The notes beneath the pieces were generated by a model. The model saw only the letters and a list, made by a program, of their open reading frames with translations. It searched no databases and was not told the DNA's origin. 64,000 nucleotides of DNA from Stylophora pistillata (Eukaryota). Positions 48,871 to 60,900 of the stretch are shown one piece after another (the stretch's first letter is position 1; every line of letters begins with the position of its first letter). Where the stretch lies: the NCBI RefSeq assembly GCF_002571385.2, contig NW_019218113.1, positions 286,395-350,394 on the forward strand. The letters are read 5' to 3'. Position numbers and translations under genes: made by a program.

Positions 48871-51242
48871 CTTTAACAAAAAGATAAAACGTTACCTTTG
48901 ACAAACAACGTCTAACAAATTGAGGGAATTCAAAGTAACTCACCCTACAGGGAATGATATCTTAACAAATCAACAAAACTGGATTGGGCTCTGTTCATTT
49001 GTAAAGCACGCAGGAAGCGGCTAAAGCACGGAAGAAGTGTAAGGCAAAGACGAGACGTAGCCGAGTATTTCTTCCTCCTTCTTGAGCGTTGTAACCGCTT
49101 CCTACGTACTTTAGAACAGAACAAAGTACAGTCAAGGTTTCTTTTTGTTCATGAAAAAGAAAAAAAATTTTCAGAGAAACAGAGTGGATGGAGCATGCAT
49201 CTGTTCTCTCATAAGGCACGGTAGAACTAGCCAATCAGATTCCCTGTTAGAACATTTCAAGTACTTTGATTGGTTGAATAACTCTAAAGCTATCATTTCA
49301 AACCATGAAAGTTCACAAACCATCAAAGTTTGAAATAAGCCTTATTCAACACTTATCTTCGAGTTTTATCACTATAACTACGGGATGAGCGATCAAACCT
49401 GCAACTTTTTAACGTGAGAACAGACTGAAGAATATTGTGGTTTTAACTCAATGAGTCGGAGAGCAAGATCGAAACTACTTAATAGAAGGGCAAACGTAAT
49501 TTCTAAGGCCTGCTTCACCGTGATGACCGGAGATCGCAATAATAAACCGGGATTGAACTTGCTTGCATCGGACTAGAGCAAACATACATACATACATACA
49601 GGCTTTATTCTCGTCCCGAAAGGCCGGCCTTACGGAAAATACACGGTAATAACCATTGTTAAAAAAGAAAGAAACAAGAGAAGCACATTATATTATTTAT
49701 AAAGTATATTACATAATTATTTCACTTTACTATCCATGAAGTCTTTTATTAAAATGTTTTTTAATTTCCTTTTTAATTCTTGTAGAGTTNNNNNNNNNNN
49801 NNNNNNNNNNNNNNNNNNNNNNNNNNNNNNNNNNNNNNNNNNNNNNNNNNNNNNNNNNNNNNNNNNNNNNNNNNNNNNNNNNNNNNNNNNNNNNNNNNNN
49901 NNNNNNNNNNNNNNNNNNNNNNNNNNNNNNNNNNNNNNNNNNNNNNNNNNNNNNNNNNNNNNNNNNNNNNNNNNNNNNNNNNNNNNNNNNNNNNNNNNNN
50001 NNNNNNNNNNNNNNNNNNNNNCACATCAAGAAACAAATGCGTTGTGAATAATATTTTACCTAGATTGACACCCCAAACTATTTTTTTTTAGTCATGTGAT
50101 TCCAGAATATCCTTATTGGGTGGTATGTAATTATGAAGCATCTAAAATTTTACAGACATTTAAATCTTGAGCTACACACACAGTTGTGGTTAAATGTAAG
50201 TAATCATTCTTTTGTAAATCTAACACCCACTTTCTTAGTTAGCATTTTAAATGGAAGTTGTATGCCTTAAAAAAGTTTTCAATAATGATTTCTGTCGCAA
50301 AGTAAAATATTAAACGTAAAGAAAATCGTAATCAGATGCACCTTTCCCTCTCGACATCTGAAATAACAAATACCATTTCACATGATTGTTTTTTTTCAAT
50401 TTTTATTGCAGTAAGCATTCTACAATGGATGCAAAATCATGCCATCGCTGTTATTATGTGTTTCTTTTTTGACAGTATAACAACATTTCTCGACTTTTTT
50501 TTGACGTCCACGATTTTCAGTCTGACAGTAACAATATAATTGAGTTCAGGAAATTGAAATTTTTCTTTTGTCTTCTCAACTGAAGAAGGACGCGACACTA
50601 GCTACCAGAATATTGTGCAGAAAATTTATCAAAGCTGTTTCTTAAGTTAAGTAAACGTTATTCACGAAGGTAGCTGATTCAACTTTGTTTTACATGGTGA
50701 GGATTAGTTAGCGTTAATTAAAGAGAGGAAGCTTCGTGTATCTCGGTACACCCTCGTTTTATACTTTTATGCTTCCTTAATAAATGAAAGGCAGTAAATC
50801 AATCTTTATCATGAATTAATAACTAGTAACTTTATGGTAACTACCTCTTACGGAGTAAGGCACTCTTTTCATCACCAGATAGCTGGAAAAATGACAATCA
50901 ATTTGAACTCAACGAAATCATAGAAGAAGTAACTCTCCTAAAAAAAAGTAAGGACTTATCTCTCAAAGTACTTCATTAACTTTATTGGAGGGACACCCGT
51001 GTCACATTTTCTCATAGGATAACACCCGGTATTTCTCAATTGAGAATGTGGGTAGTACCCAAGTGAAATGATCGTCTGGGCCGTCTGAGCCGTCTGATGC
51101 CGCTTATTTGAACCCTTGTCTGGAGCAGCCAATGAAATCGCTTTATGGAACAATCCGCGTTCGCCCGCGAGCAACAAATTCCACAACGTGCCGTCTGGTA
51201 AGCCTTCAGCGAGATCGTGGTTGTTCTTCGTGAGGAAATACA

Positions 51243-51389
51243 ATGGCGAAACGTACTCGTATCTCAGATGAACAGAGAGGTATTTTAGAGCGGTTTTTTG
51301 AAGGAGGGATGGTTGGAACGGGAACCATGTACAAGGAGATGGTTTTAAAAGCGTCAACGGACACTGGTTTGACGAAGGCACAAGTCGAG
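51243..51389 (+). CDS. Divergent homeodomain (HDX-like), helices 1 to start of 3; the rest is lost in the N gap
   Basis: MAKRTRISDEQRGILERFFEGGM...MVLKASTDTGLTKAQVE fits the homeodomain pattern RT....Q...LE..F .. GL...QV, with the HDX-type E.GM loop. Start context ACAATGG; a CCAAT lies at ~51129. Confidence 0.65.
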
Positions 51390-52963
51390 GATTCGAATAA
51401 TTANNNNNNNNNNNNNNNNNNNNNNNNNNNNNNNNNNNNNNNNNNNNNNNNNNNNNNNNNNNNNNNNNNNNNNNNNNNNNNNNNNNNNNNNNNNNNNNNN
51501 NNNNNNNNNNNNNNNNNNNNNNNNNNNNNNNNNNNNNNNNNNNNNNNNNNNNNNNNNNNNNNNNNNNNNNNNNNNNNNNNNNNNNNNNNNNNNNNNNNNN
51601 NNNNNNNNNNNNNNNNNNNNNNNNNNNNNNNNNNNNNNNNNNNNNNNNNNNNNNNNNNNNNNNNNNNNNNNNNNNNNNNNNNNNNNNNNNNNNNNNNNNN
51701 NNNNNNNNNNNNNNNNNNNNNNNNNNNNNNNNNNNNNNNNNNNNNNNNNNNNNNNNNNNNNNNNNNNNNNNNNNNNNNNNNNNNNNNNNNNNNNNNNNNN
51801 NNNNNNNNNNNNNNNNNNNNNNNNNNNNNNNNNNNNNNNNNNNNNNNNNNNNNNNNNNNNNNNNNNNNNNNNNNNNNNNNNNNNNNNNNNNNNNNNNNNN
51901 NNNNNNNNNNNNNNNNNNNNNNNNNNNNNNNNNNNNNNNNNNNNNNNNNNNNNNNNNNNNNNNNNNNNNNNNNNNNNNNNNNNNNNNNNNNNNNNNNNNN
52001 NNNNNNNNNNNNNNNNNNNNNNNNNNNNNNNNNNNNNNNNNNNNNNNNNNNNNNNNNNNNNNNNNNNNNNNNNNNNNNNNNNNNNNNNNNNNNNNNNNNN
52101 NNNNNNNNNNNNNNNNNNNNNNNNNNNNNNNNNNNNNNNNNNNNNNNNNNNNNNNNNNNNNNNNNNNNNNNNNNNNNNNNNNNNNNNNNNNNNACACACA
52201 CACACACACACACATCCAGATGCTCGATTTTATAGTCTCTTCTCAACAATAACCAAGAGTGGTTCTGCAAATTAAAAGAAGAGAGACATGGTATTCTTAA
52301 GTCATTACAGATAATGAGAAGAATTGTAACTTTTACCCCCAGCATCTACCTTTTTGAGGTGAAATAAACTCATTCCCACTGTAGTGATTCGCTAAGGCCT
52401 ACAACAATTTTGATTGAGAACAGAATCGATATGTACACTTTTATTAATAAAAATGTTCTGAATCTGACTTGACCTCCAATTGTTCTGCTTACCTGAGCCA
52501 CTATCTATAAATAAATTTAGAGTGATACAAAGTAATTAAGAGTTAACAATTACACATCAAGATACCATTATAGGGCAGTGCAAGGGATAAGGATAAGGAT
52601 AAGGAACTTTAATCACACTTATTCTACTGAAAAAATAAAACAGCAACAAAGCGAGAGAGAGAGAGAAAAAAAAAGAAGTGAGTTCTAACTATACATGAAA
52701 TTTGATAAAGGAGTGGAAAGAGTGTGTAGTAGCCAAAGGGGCCAAGCTTTCGAGTTGGCTACTACCATAGAGCAGTTACAGATGGAGGGAGGTTCAATAC
52801 TCATGCTATCGTGTCAACCTCGTGTCGTATCCCCCCCTTTCCTTGATTCAACATGTGACTGGTTGGTAAAGAGCATCAGGTCATCACTGGTTATTGTCTA
52901 CGGTTCTCTTCCGATCTATTCGCGGAAATTTGGCTGCAAATGGAATATTATAGGTATTCTTAC

Positions 52964-55900
52964 CTATTTTTTGGTCCTTTTTGTATTGGGGCGTCCTCCT
53001 CCCGCTTTTTCAACCGCTTTTCTCTTTCTTCTTACAGTGATCTGTTTGGAAAGTAGCATAGTGTAATGATACTAACCTGATAATGGTCACTTCATTGTTA
53101 AGAAAAAACTTTTGATGTTGTGAATGCCGCAATTTTGTTGTTTGCAACTCAGATACGAAACGTGTCTGTAAGGGTCAAGAGCAATATGACATATAGCACT
53201 ATTGGGCTTCATTCCGTGATTAAGGTTGATTTTATTTGTTACTTCATGATATCTTCATACGGCCTGAGCCGGCTGAATCCGGCAATATACCGTTGCGCAC
53301 ACAATAGTTTCCTTAAGTGCTTAAAATCGTGTTCTTGTCAAGTCGTGATAGTTACCTCGACTTCTCGTTCTTCCCTCGATATTAGTCGACTCAACTCCGC
53401 TGAAGAAGTGACGACTGCCCCGTGCCAATTTGACCAGATGCATTTACTAGTCCATCCAGGCCCCATTTTTTAGCCTTGTCTGGCCGCTGATGGCGTTTCC
53501 TCTGTCTTGTTAGAAATTTTCTCCACCATACCATTTCTGATTCTTGGAACTTCATGGTGTATTTGGGGAGGTCCTGTTCAAGCTTGTCAAGGGACATGCC
53601 ACCGGTAGTGTTTGGTTTGACAAGCTTGGGACCTCCTCTCGGTATGGTGGAGATGAGGCGTATTACACCATCAGGCAGCCAGACAGGTGATGATGTGCAC
53701 TTCTTGTAGAACAGCCTGGATCGTCCATCGATGTCATTTTGGACCTTAAAGGCATGCTGGTGGATGTGCCCAGATATTTGGTTGATGGAGCCCTCCATCC
53801 ACGCCTTTACGTCGAATACTGAAGACAATTCTCCTACCGTCACTGAAGGAGTGTATGATACCGTCAATTGGTCCATAAGTGCCTCCAGCGTGTGCGCATC
53901 GTTCTTTGCAAGCCTTCTTGCAAAGCACGAAAACATTTGATCAATATTTTCGTGGGTGTGTCCAACTACCGAGAACGATACTTTGATCTGTCAGAAGATA
54001 AAACACGTGGCTTAGTTTGTTAACCCCAGCTCTGTAAAAAACCATTGTCAAATTCCCTTATACAGTTAAAGACTACTGTCATCTCAGTTTGTGAGAGTAA
54101 CATGGCCGGCTTAACATAAAACAAAAAAAGGAGTCCACCAAAGTTAAATAGATCAGCAGTCAGTTAACCTCAGGAAAGGTAGTGATAAACGTCTTGAGTA
54201 GGTAACTGATGCTCTTATTAAATCCTTAATTCTTGTAAACATGTTTGCAAAATTTTCATCAAGTTAAAAATGATATCAATCTATGACTCATCTCCAGCTA
54301 CAAATTATTTATCGAGTGACAGGGGAATTTTGCATGATTTGATAACTCACCTTTTCAAAAATTTTTCTTTCGACCAGTAAACAAATAAAACCCAGCACGA
54401 ATTTGTTTTTGTTTTCCCTCCAGCAGTTGTCCAACTGAAGATATAAGACAGGTGGTAGATACCCTTGCTAAAAGAATAAAAAACACTGAATGATTAACAA
54501 CGAGATATCGTGTAAAACAAAGTGTAACGCACTGCATAGAGCGCAATTTAACTTGTCAACATTATTGACGTCATTCAAATGATCAATTCAACAATTAGAT
54601 TCCAAATTGCTGTGGATCTGTTCTATCAGTAATATGTCACAGATGACGTCAAGATGCGGTAAAAACAGAAATGCTTGCCAAATTTAGCAAAAGTTTCTGA
54701 ACAAATACAACTTCTGATCGATTTGTTGAACTTACCGATCGTTTATGGTCCAACAGAGTCTCCAACAAAACAGTGATTGTGAGATTGGAGTCATGTGGGA
54801 ACTCGCAGAAGTCTAGAAACGAGTATGCTTTCTGTTTGGGATTAACTAGCACGCCTGTCAAATGAGTTTTCAGTTTCCAGGCACTTTCGTCCACCTGATG
54901 ACAAAAAGTAACAACGAAATCTAATTATGGCAAAAAATCCCATGTCAATTTATTTTCGCACCTTTTAACATCAGCTAAATCATGTAGGGCGAGAGTTGTG
55001 TCTAGAATGTAATTTTTGTCAGGAATGAATTAAGCAGTTGGTCATGTTCGTGCTGTACAACCCAAGCATCTTTCAACTTTTTTTACGCAATTAAAACCTC
55101 ATAATCGGAGCAACCACCCTTCGTTCAGTATTATCCAACAGTCCAGTATTACATTCAATACACGTGCAAGCATCATTGAATTTACCCTTGTAGTTGTTGC
55201 AAAATGCGGCAAATTGTGCTTTGCCTAGTCCATCCCATCGATAATTAATGACAAGTACTTCCGGGGATTCACGATTGCCTTTATACCATGCTTCTAGTAC
55301 TTGTTCCTCTCGGTCCTAGAGAAAATATGACAATGATTTAATATAGACGCAACATTCAAATAATTATTCAAACCTCATCGAGGTTTTAATCTACTGGGCA
55401 TGGTCTGGAATAGACTGTTGGTGTTGTTATCAATGTTAAATGTTATCAATGTTAAATAAATGTGTAATATAACTTACATTTGCTGAGTAAGATGAAGTTT
55501 CCTCATCATCCTCAATTGCTCTCTTTTTTCTCGTACTTGTGGTTTACTTAATTCAATCATTAACTGTACGCAAATACTGCATTTTGTAAACCGACTTTGC
55601 TGCAAAGCAAGGAAGTAAGACAATTTTTCAAATCGTCAGTTTATTCTGAAAAGGACAACGGTACTTTAGTCAATTAAATATGACTGTCATTTCCGGCAGT
55701 CGGTTTAATCATCAACAATTGTCCATACCTTTGGTATGTAGACGTCTGCGAAGTTCACTTTCCACATTTTGTATAGAAAATGTACCCTTGAAAGTGTGGG
55801 GTTTTCCCCCATTTCCTCCTTATAAAGCATATATACAGCATTCTTGGTCAAGCACGAAGGCAATGGCCTTGACGACGTGTTTGGCAATTGGTCTGCATAT

Positions 55901-57726
55901 TTGGAAAATCCCCTGAACCACTCCAACGCCATGTCAAACGCGATAGATTTTCTTCTTTGTTGGGGTGTTTCAGAATATCGGCGTCCTTTATTCAATCGCT
56001 CGTAGTAACTGAAACAAATGAAAAAAAAAGTTGAAAATCTTCCTCAGCTGATGTATTTTGTAATGATAAATATAATGTCAAAAAAAGATATGTGCGTGAG
56101 AGTTAAATGATCAAGCAGCCAAGCTGGGTCTTGCGGAACAATATCAGACGAAAAAATAGTATCATGTCTTATAGACAAGGATGTCTAATGTTCCATTGGG
56201 GCAAGCAATTTACTATAATGATGCACCTGTGAGAAAGAGGCGAAGAATAATAGTTTTCATATTCACAGCAAAGTTTGCAAATAACAACACCGCCAATGAT
56301 ATACTTTGCGAAAAACAATGGTAAATTGTTCACCTGGACATGGATAGCCCTTGGACCGTACACCATGCCTTTGCACAAATGCTTCCCCGTATCTCTTTCA
56401 GACGTAGAAAGCCATCATTTATGCCAGAGATAGCTGTGGTTATAACTTCATCTCTTTCGTTGATGGTCTTCGACCATAATTCTTTCCTTTTTTTTAATAA
56501 CAACACGCACTGGTACGCCACCCAAACACTTCTTACAACAACCTCTTTCAATAGCGCGCACCACAGTGTAAGCCTCTGTTTTTCTTTCTACATTCAGTAA
56601 TGTACCTATGTTCCAAAAGTAGTAACATACGATTGATGCATTGATAAAACTTCTTTGAAAATTTTAAAAAAAAATTTCTCTGGAACTTTCTTTCTTTTTA
56701 AAGTAAGTATTCTTGAATTGTGCGTGGGTTTGGACGGAGTGTTTGGAGACCAATTGAAAGTTCATACTCTGATACAAGGTTTTTATTAGAAAAAAAAGTG
56801 ATAACATAGCGTCAATACCCACGTTTTCCTTTATTATCTTCCTTTCCCTTTTTCTGCTGAAAAGGGAAACGCAATGATATAAATGAGTGGTTCTGGTATG
56901 TTGAGTACAATACTTAGTGTCTAGTTATTTGTCACGCGCCCTTGAGCGATTAAGCGGTAAAGGTAATCCACGTGTCAGCTAAAACGATTATTAATCTTTG
57001 TCAAGCGTAACCCGAAGTCGGGAAGCGTATAGTAAAAGGCTGGCTTTATTACAGCCAGTATACCAAGGTTCAGTTTGAACTTTTCTTGATAGAAATATGT
57101 TAAATTAAGGCGGCTAAACACAATTTTTGATACTACAGAAACAAAAGAGCAGTTTAGCAGTTGGCGTGATAAGGATGATTTCCTTCTAGAAACAAAGGCA
57201 AAGTATGTGAGCGCTCAAACGATTGTTAATCTTTTCTAAACTATAAGTTATATTTTATACGATTCACTCCCCGTACCGTTTATAAGAGTGTGAAAATTGT
57301 AGTGGTGATTTACCCGAAATTCTTATTACGAGGAAAAGACTAACCTGAATTTTTTTTACCCGTTTTGTCCTTCCAAAAGGTGGTATGATCTGATTCAATG
57401 AAATGAAATGGACTACCGTCCACTTCATTCACCTCATTATTGAACTGGAATTAGAAGAAAGTAAACATTTAACACGAGACAAAAAGCTCACGCTCTAATT
57501 GTGAAAAAAAGAACTTTTTTGATATGATGATACACACCTGTAAGGAATCAACTTCTAGTTTTTCAAGCGCGCTATTCGCGGCACTAACTTCTTCTGGTCG
57601 TATCTTGTCTTCGTCAATCTGTCGTTTATTAATGTTAGGATTAAAACCGTATTCATAACAATCCCACATAGTTTGAAATATATTAATTACCTCAAAATCG
57701 TCGTCTGTCTCGATTTCCCTACTCAT
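52964..57726 (-). pseudogene. Intron-containing Sola-like DDE transposase, decayed
   Basis: Exons ~57726-57538, ~56605-56334, 56008-55729, 55599-55478, 55315-55186, 54894-54736, 54467-54351, 53987-~53356 and 53041-52964. Motifs: FTKCSIC, LSLIIDGMD, LYLQLDNCWRENKN, FSVVGHTHENIDQMFS and a C-terminal NLS (RRKRK). TAG stops at 55294-55296 and 55225-55227; probable frameshifts at ~56490 and ~53420. Confidence 0.8.
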
Positions 57727-57924
57727 TTTCACAGTTTGTAGCTTAACCTCTATCACTTGGAGGAAAAAACAGCGTACAGCAAGATCCTGGCTGAAACCAG
57801 TTTATCTTGTTTCAAAACACGCTTTTTAGCCGTTGCGACCAATCATAATAAGACTTTTGTGAATGATTGACTGTGACCTTGGTTGTGCTCGCTATTGTTC
57901 TGCAAAGGCTACACTTGTAGAAAA
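57727..57924. promoter_or_regulatory. Putative bidirectional promoter
   Basis: 198 bp separate the divergent ATGs (57726 minus, 57925 plus); CCAAT at 57839-57843. Confidence 0.4.
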
Positions 57925-60900
57925 ATGGCCCACTTGCCAAAATTCTCGCCATTTTTGGAGGAAGATTTCAATGAAATGATGGATCTTGCCGAAGAGCATG
58001 TGTCTGAAACGGACAGTGATGAAGAGGAAAGAGCAGTGGGAGTGGAGGGAGTAGAAGAGAAGACGGAAAAGAAAACAAAATCAAAGCGTAAAAGGAGGCA
58101 GGCGGGCGATCGCTCGGGACGCCAGATGGTGCTGAGAAAAATAAATGAAGAGAAGAAAATGCGCAAGAATGAAGAAGTTATAAGTGAAACCTCGCTGGAA
58201 CTGCCTCGCTTTGCAGAGGCGATAGCGGAAGCTCGTTGTGTACTGGAGGAATTCAAAGAAAGCAGGGACAGTCCCACCACAGACTGAGGATGAGGCCTCT
58301 GCCATGCGTATATACATTTTGAGGAAATACAATATTTCTTCAACGGTAAGATTTTTAGTTTTATTTAAAACGTTGTCAGGAGACTTTATATTATAATTCA
58401 AGAGAGGGTCTTCGACATTTCTATCTCTCCTCTCATTCTCAAAAACTGGGGCAGCTCTTTCTTGTGCAAGGCTGAAATTGTTCACGGAGAACGTTTACGT
58501 TTGTAGAATTCTCTTTCCTTGTCTTCTTGCCTCCATCACGTATTATTTTTTTCGTGCGAATCGCGATTTCTGTCTTTATTTTCAAGTGCCTGGAGCTGGT
58601 CCCATTTTCTAACTTTTTTTTTCTGATATGATCTCTCAAAGAAATTTTTAATTCAACAGAAAGATGGAATTGTAGGTATGAGGGAGCGAGAATTTGATGT
58701 AATATGTTCTTACGGATGGAGCTATCTTCTCCTTTCTGTCAAAAGTGTTTTTAGTGCAAGAAATTGTTAATTTCAAAGAATTTAAAGTATTCACCACTGC
58801 AGACTAAATGGCGCCACCATGAATTTTCCGTGTTTAATTACATGGTGAGACTTTAAATGTTCATTCCCGCTAAGCAAAATGACAGTGCATTTGTAGGGAA
58901 AAAAAACCTCTCGATTTTCCCTGTTTGTTTGTTTAGTTGCAACGTGAAAATGAACTCAATATTTCCTTGCCACCATCTCTTCTTGTCAATCACATCGTTA
59001 ATTAAAGCCTCGATGTCGTTAGCTTAGGAACCGAACATTTACGGTTTTTGCCAAATTCCCTTCTCTGGGCAATTTCTCACAGTACGATTGCCGAGGCATT
59101 ATGTTCATGATGCTTTCCTCGCGATTTATGAAGTTTGCGTTCAAAGGGCTTCTAAGCTAACTGTGAAAGCCTTGTAATACACACTTTTTCAAACTGAGCG
59201 TCAAGAATTTAGAAAACATATTATGATGTCGAAAATACAAATCGCCATCTTTTGTCGTATCCTTTTAACAATTATGATAATTGAAAAGTGGCCTAGTATG
59301 CATGTCAAAACTGAAGGCTTGTGATCTTTCGTTTAGATTTTGAAAAAGGCCTTTTTCCTCAAAGAAATCATTGGGAATTATGCTATCGGCAGATGACCGT
59401 AAAACGAACAGCCATTGCAAATGGGGAATACTATTAAACGTTGTGTGAAATGAATACGTTCCGATGTCGATTATAATCTCGTACTTTTTATTCAACCCAA
59501 GAGATTCGCTTCACGTAGACTTTTCCAATATTTCATTATGCACTGGAAGAAGGAAGACTGTAATTAATTGATTTCTTTATGATTGTTTTGCAGGATGGCG
59601 GTAACTCTGTTCTTACTAACGTCTTTAAAGTTGCCTTACTCCCTCGTACAATTTTTAACAAGGCCGTAAGGATCTGCCAATTGTATGAGGATGGAGAACT
59701 TGTTCCTCCGTCCTCCAGCAAGCAACGGATGAGGAAGCAACTATCCGGGTCTTCCTTTAGTTTTTTAAAGGGGTTCGACCCTTTAAAGAATGAAGACCAG
59801 TGCAAAATTGACAACATGCTAACTAGCTGGTTGGCAACCAACATCCGCCCTGGTGAAAAGGTGACATATTAATACTGTTAACAGTTATTTCATTACACCT
59901 TATAGTTGCTGCACTTGCTCAGATTGACAACATGGTCAACGCGTAATCGATGATACAAAATCTTAGATAAGTTTCTTGCATCAGTTCTTCAAAATCTTGT
60001 CTATTTTGTTCTCTCTTGAAATCCTATATTCAACGATTGATGGCCCAAATTTTCTTATATGCTGTAAAGATGTTAAGTATGAAAATCTTAAATTAAGTTT
60101 TTTTTTTCAGCAGGGAGCTGTGGAAAAGGATGGTGCATCTCCTTGTTTGGTAAGTTGATGCAAAATTGTTTTGAGTTTTTGGGCTTCCACATGACAAGTG
60201 TGGCTTTTACTGTTAGTATTATAATTAACAGTATAGTAAGAGAAAATGAAGAGGAATGACCTCCTGGTCACAGGACACTCAGGATCAGCCTTGTCTCGAG
60301 GTAAATCCAGTTATTACTTTTGCAAATAGTTGTTCAGTTGTCATGTATGTTTTTTTTGCGACGGGAGACCAGAAAACAACTAATGGCAAAGTTGACAAGT
60401 GCTAAGAAGGTGAATGAATCTTAGGGTGTTATTGATAAAACTTAGAAGATATAGTTATGAGTAGAATGGTTTCTCCCCTGGCATTTATCTATAAATTCAC
60501 ATGGTGGCATAGTATCCTTTGAATCCTTCTACTGGATCAGTTCAATATATATATATATATAGTGCACATATATAGATATTTAAATATATATATATGCACT
60601 ATATATATATATGTGTGTGTGTGTGTGCACTAAGCTCTTTGGCATACAAAGCTTTGCTTTCATGTCTGAAATTATACTAAATATATATATATATATAACT
60701 AACTGCAGACAGTACTGTTTCGGCCTTCTGGGCCTCATCAGTGCAGTGCTAATGCTAGGATGGGGGAGAACCGAGACGGTCACCCCAAACGACCCAACCT
60801 TTGTGGTATCGTCTAAGCCATGCCAGAGTGCTCAAACTAGAGTAAACCAGCGAGCATGCGCAATTGCAACGGCAATGACTCATCCTAGATAGAGTGCTCA

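Noticed and set aside
50956-52345. Long ORFs spanning N runs (also 12732-13121, 41194-41771 and 49730-50047)
   Set aside because: Artefacts of assembly gaps; only the 51243 N-terminus is informative.
58081-58639. Minus-strand basic ORFs overlapping exon 1 and intron 1 of the coiled-coil gene
   Set aside because: No recognisable motif or supported splice structure.
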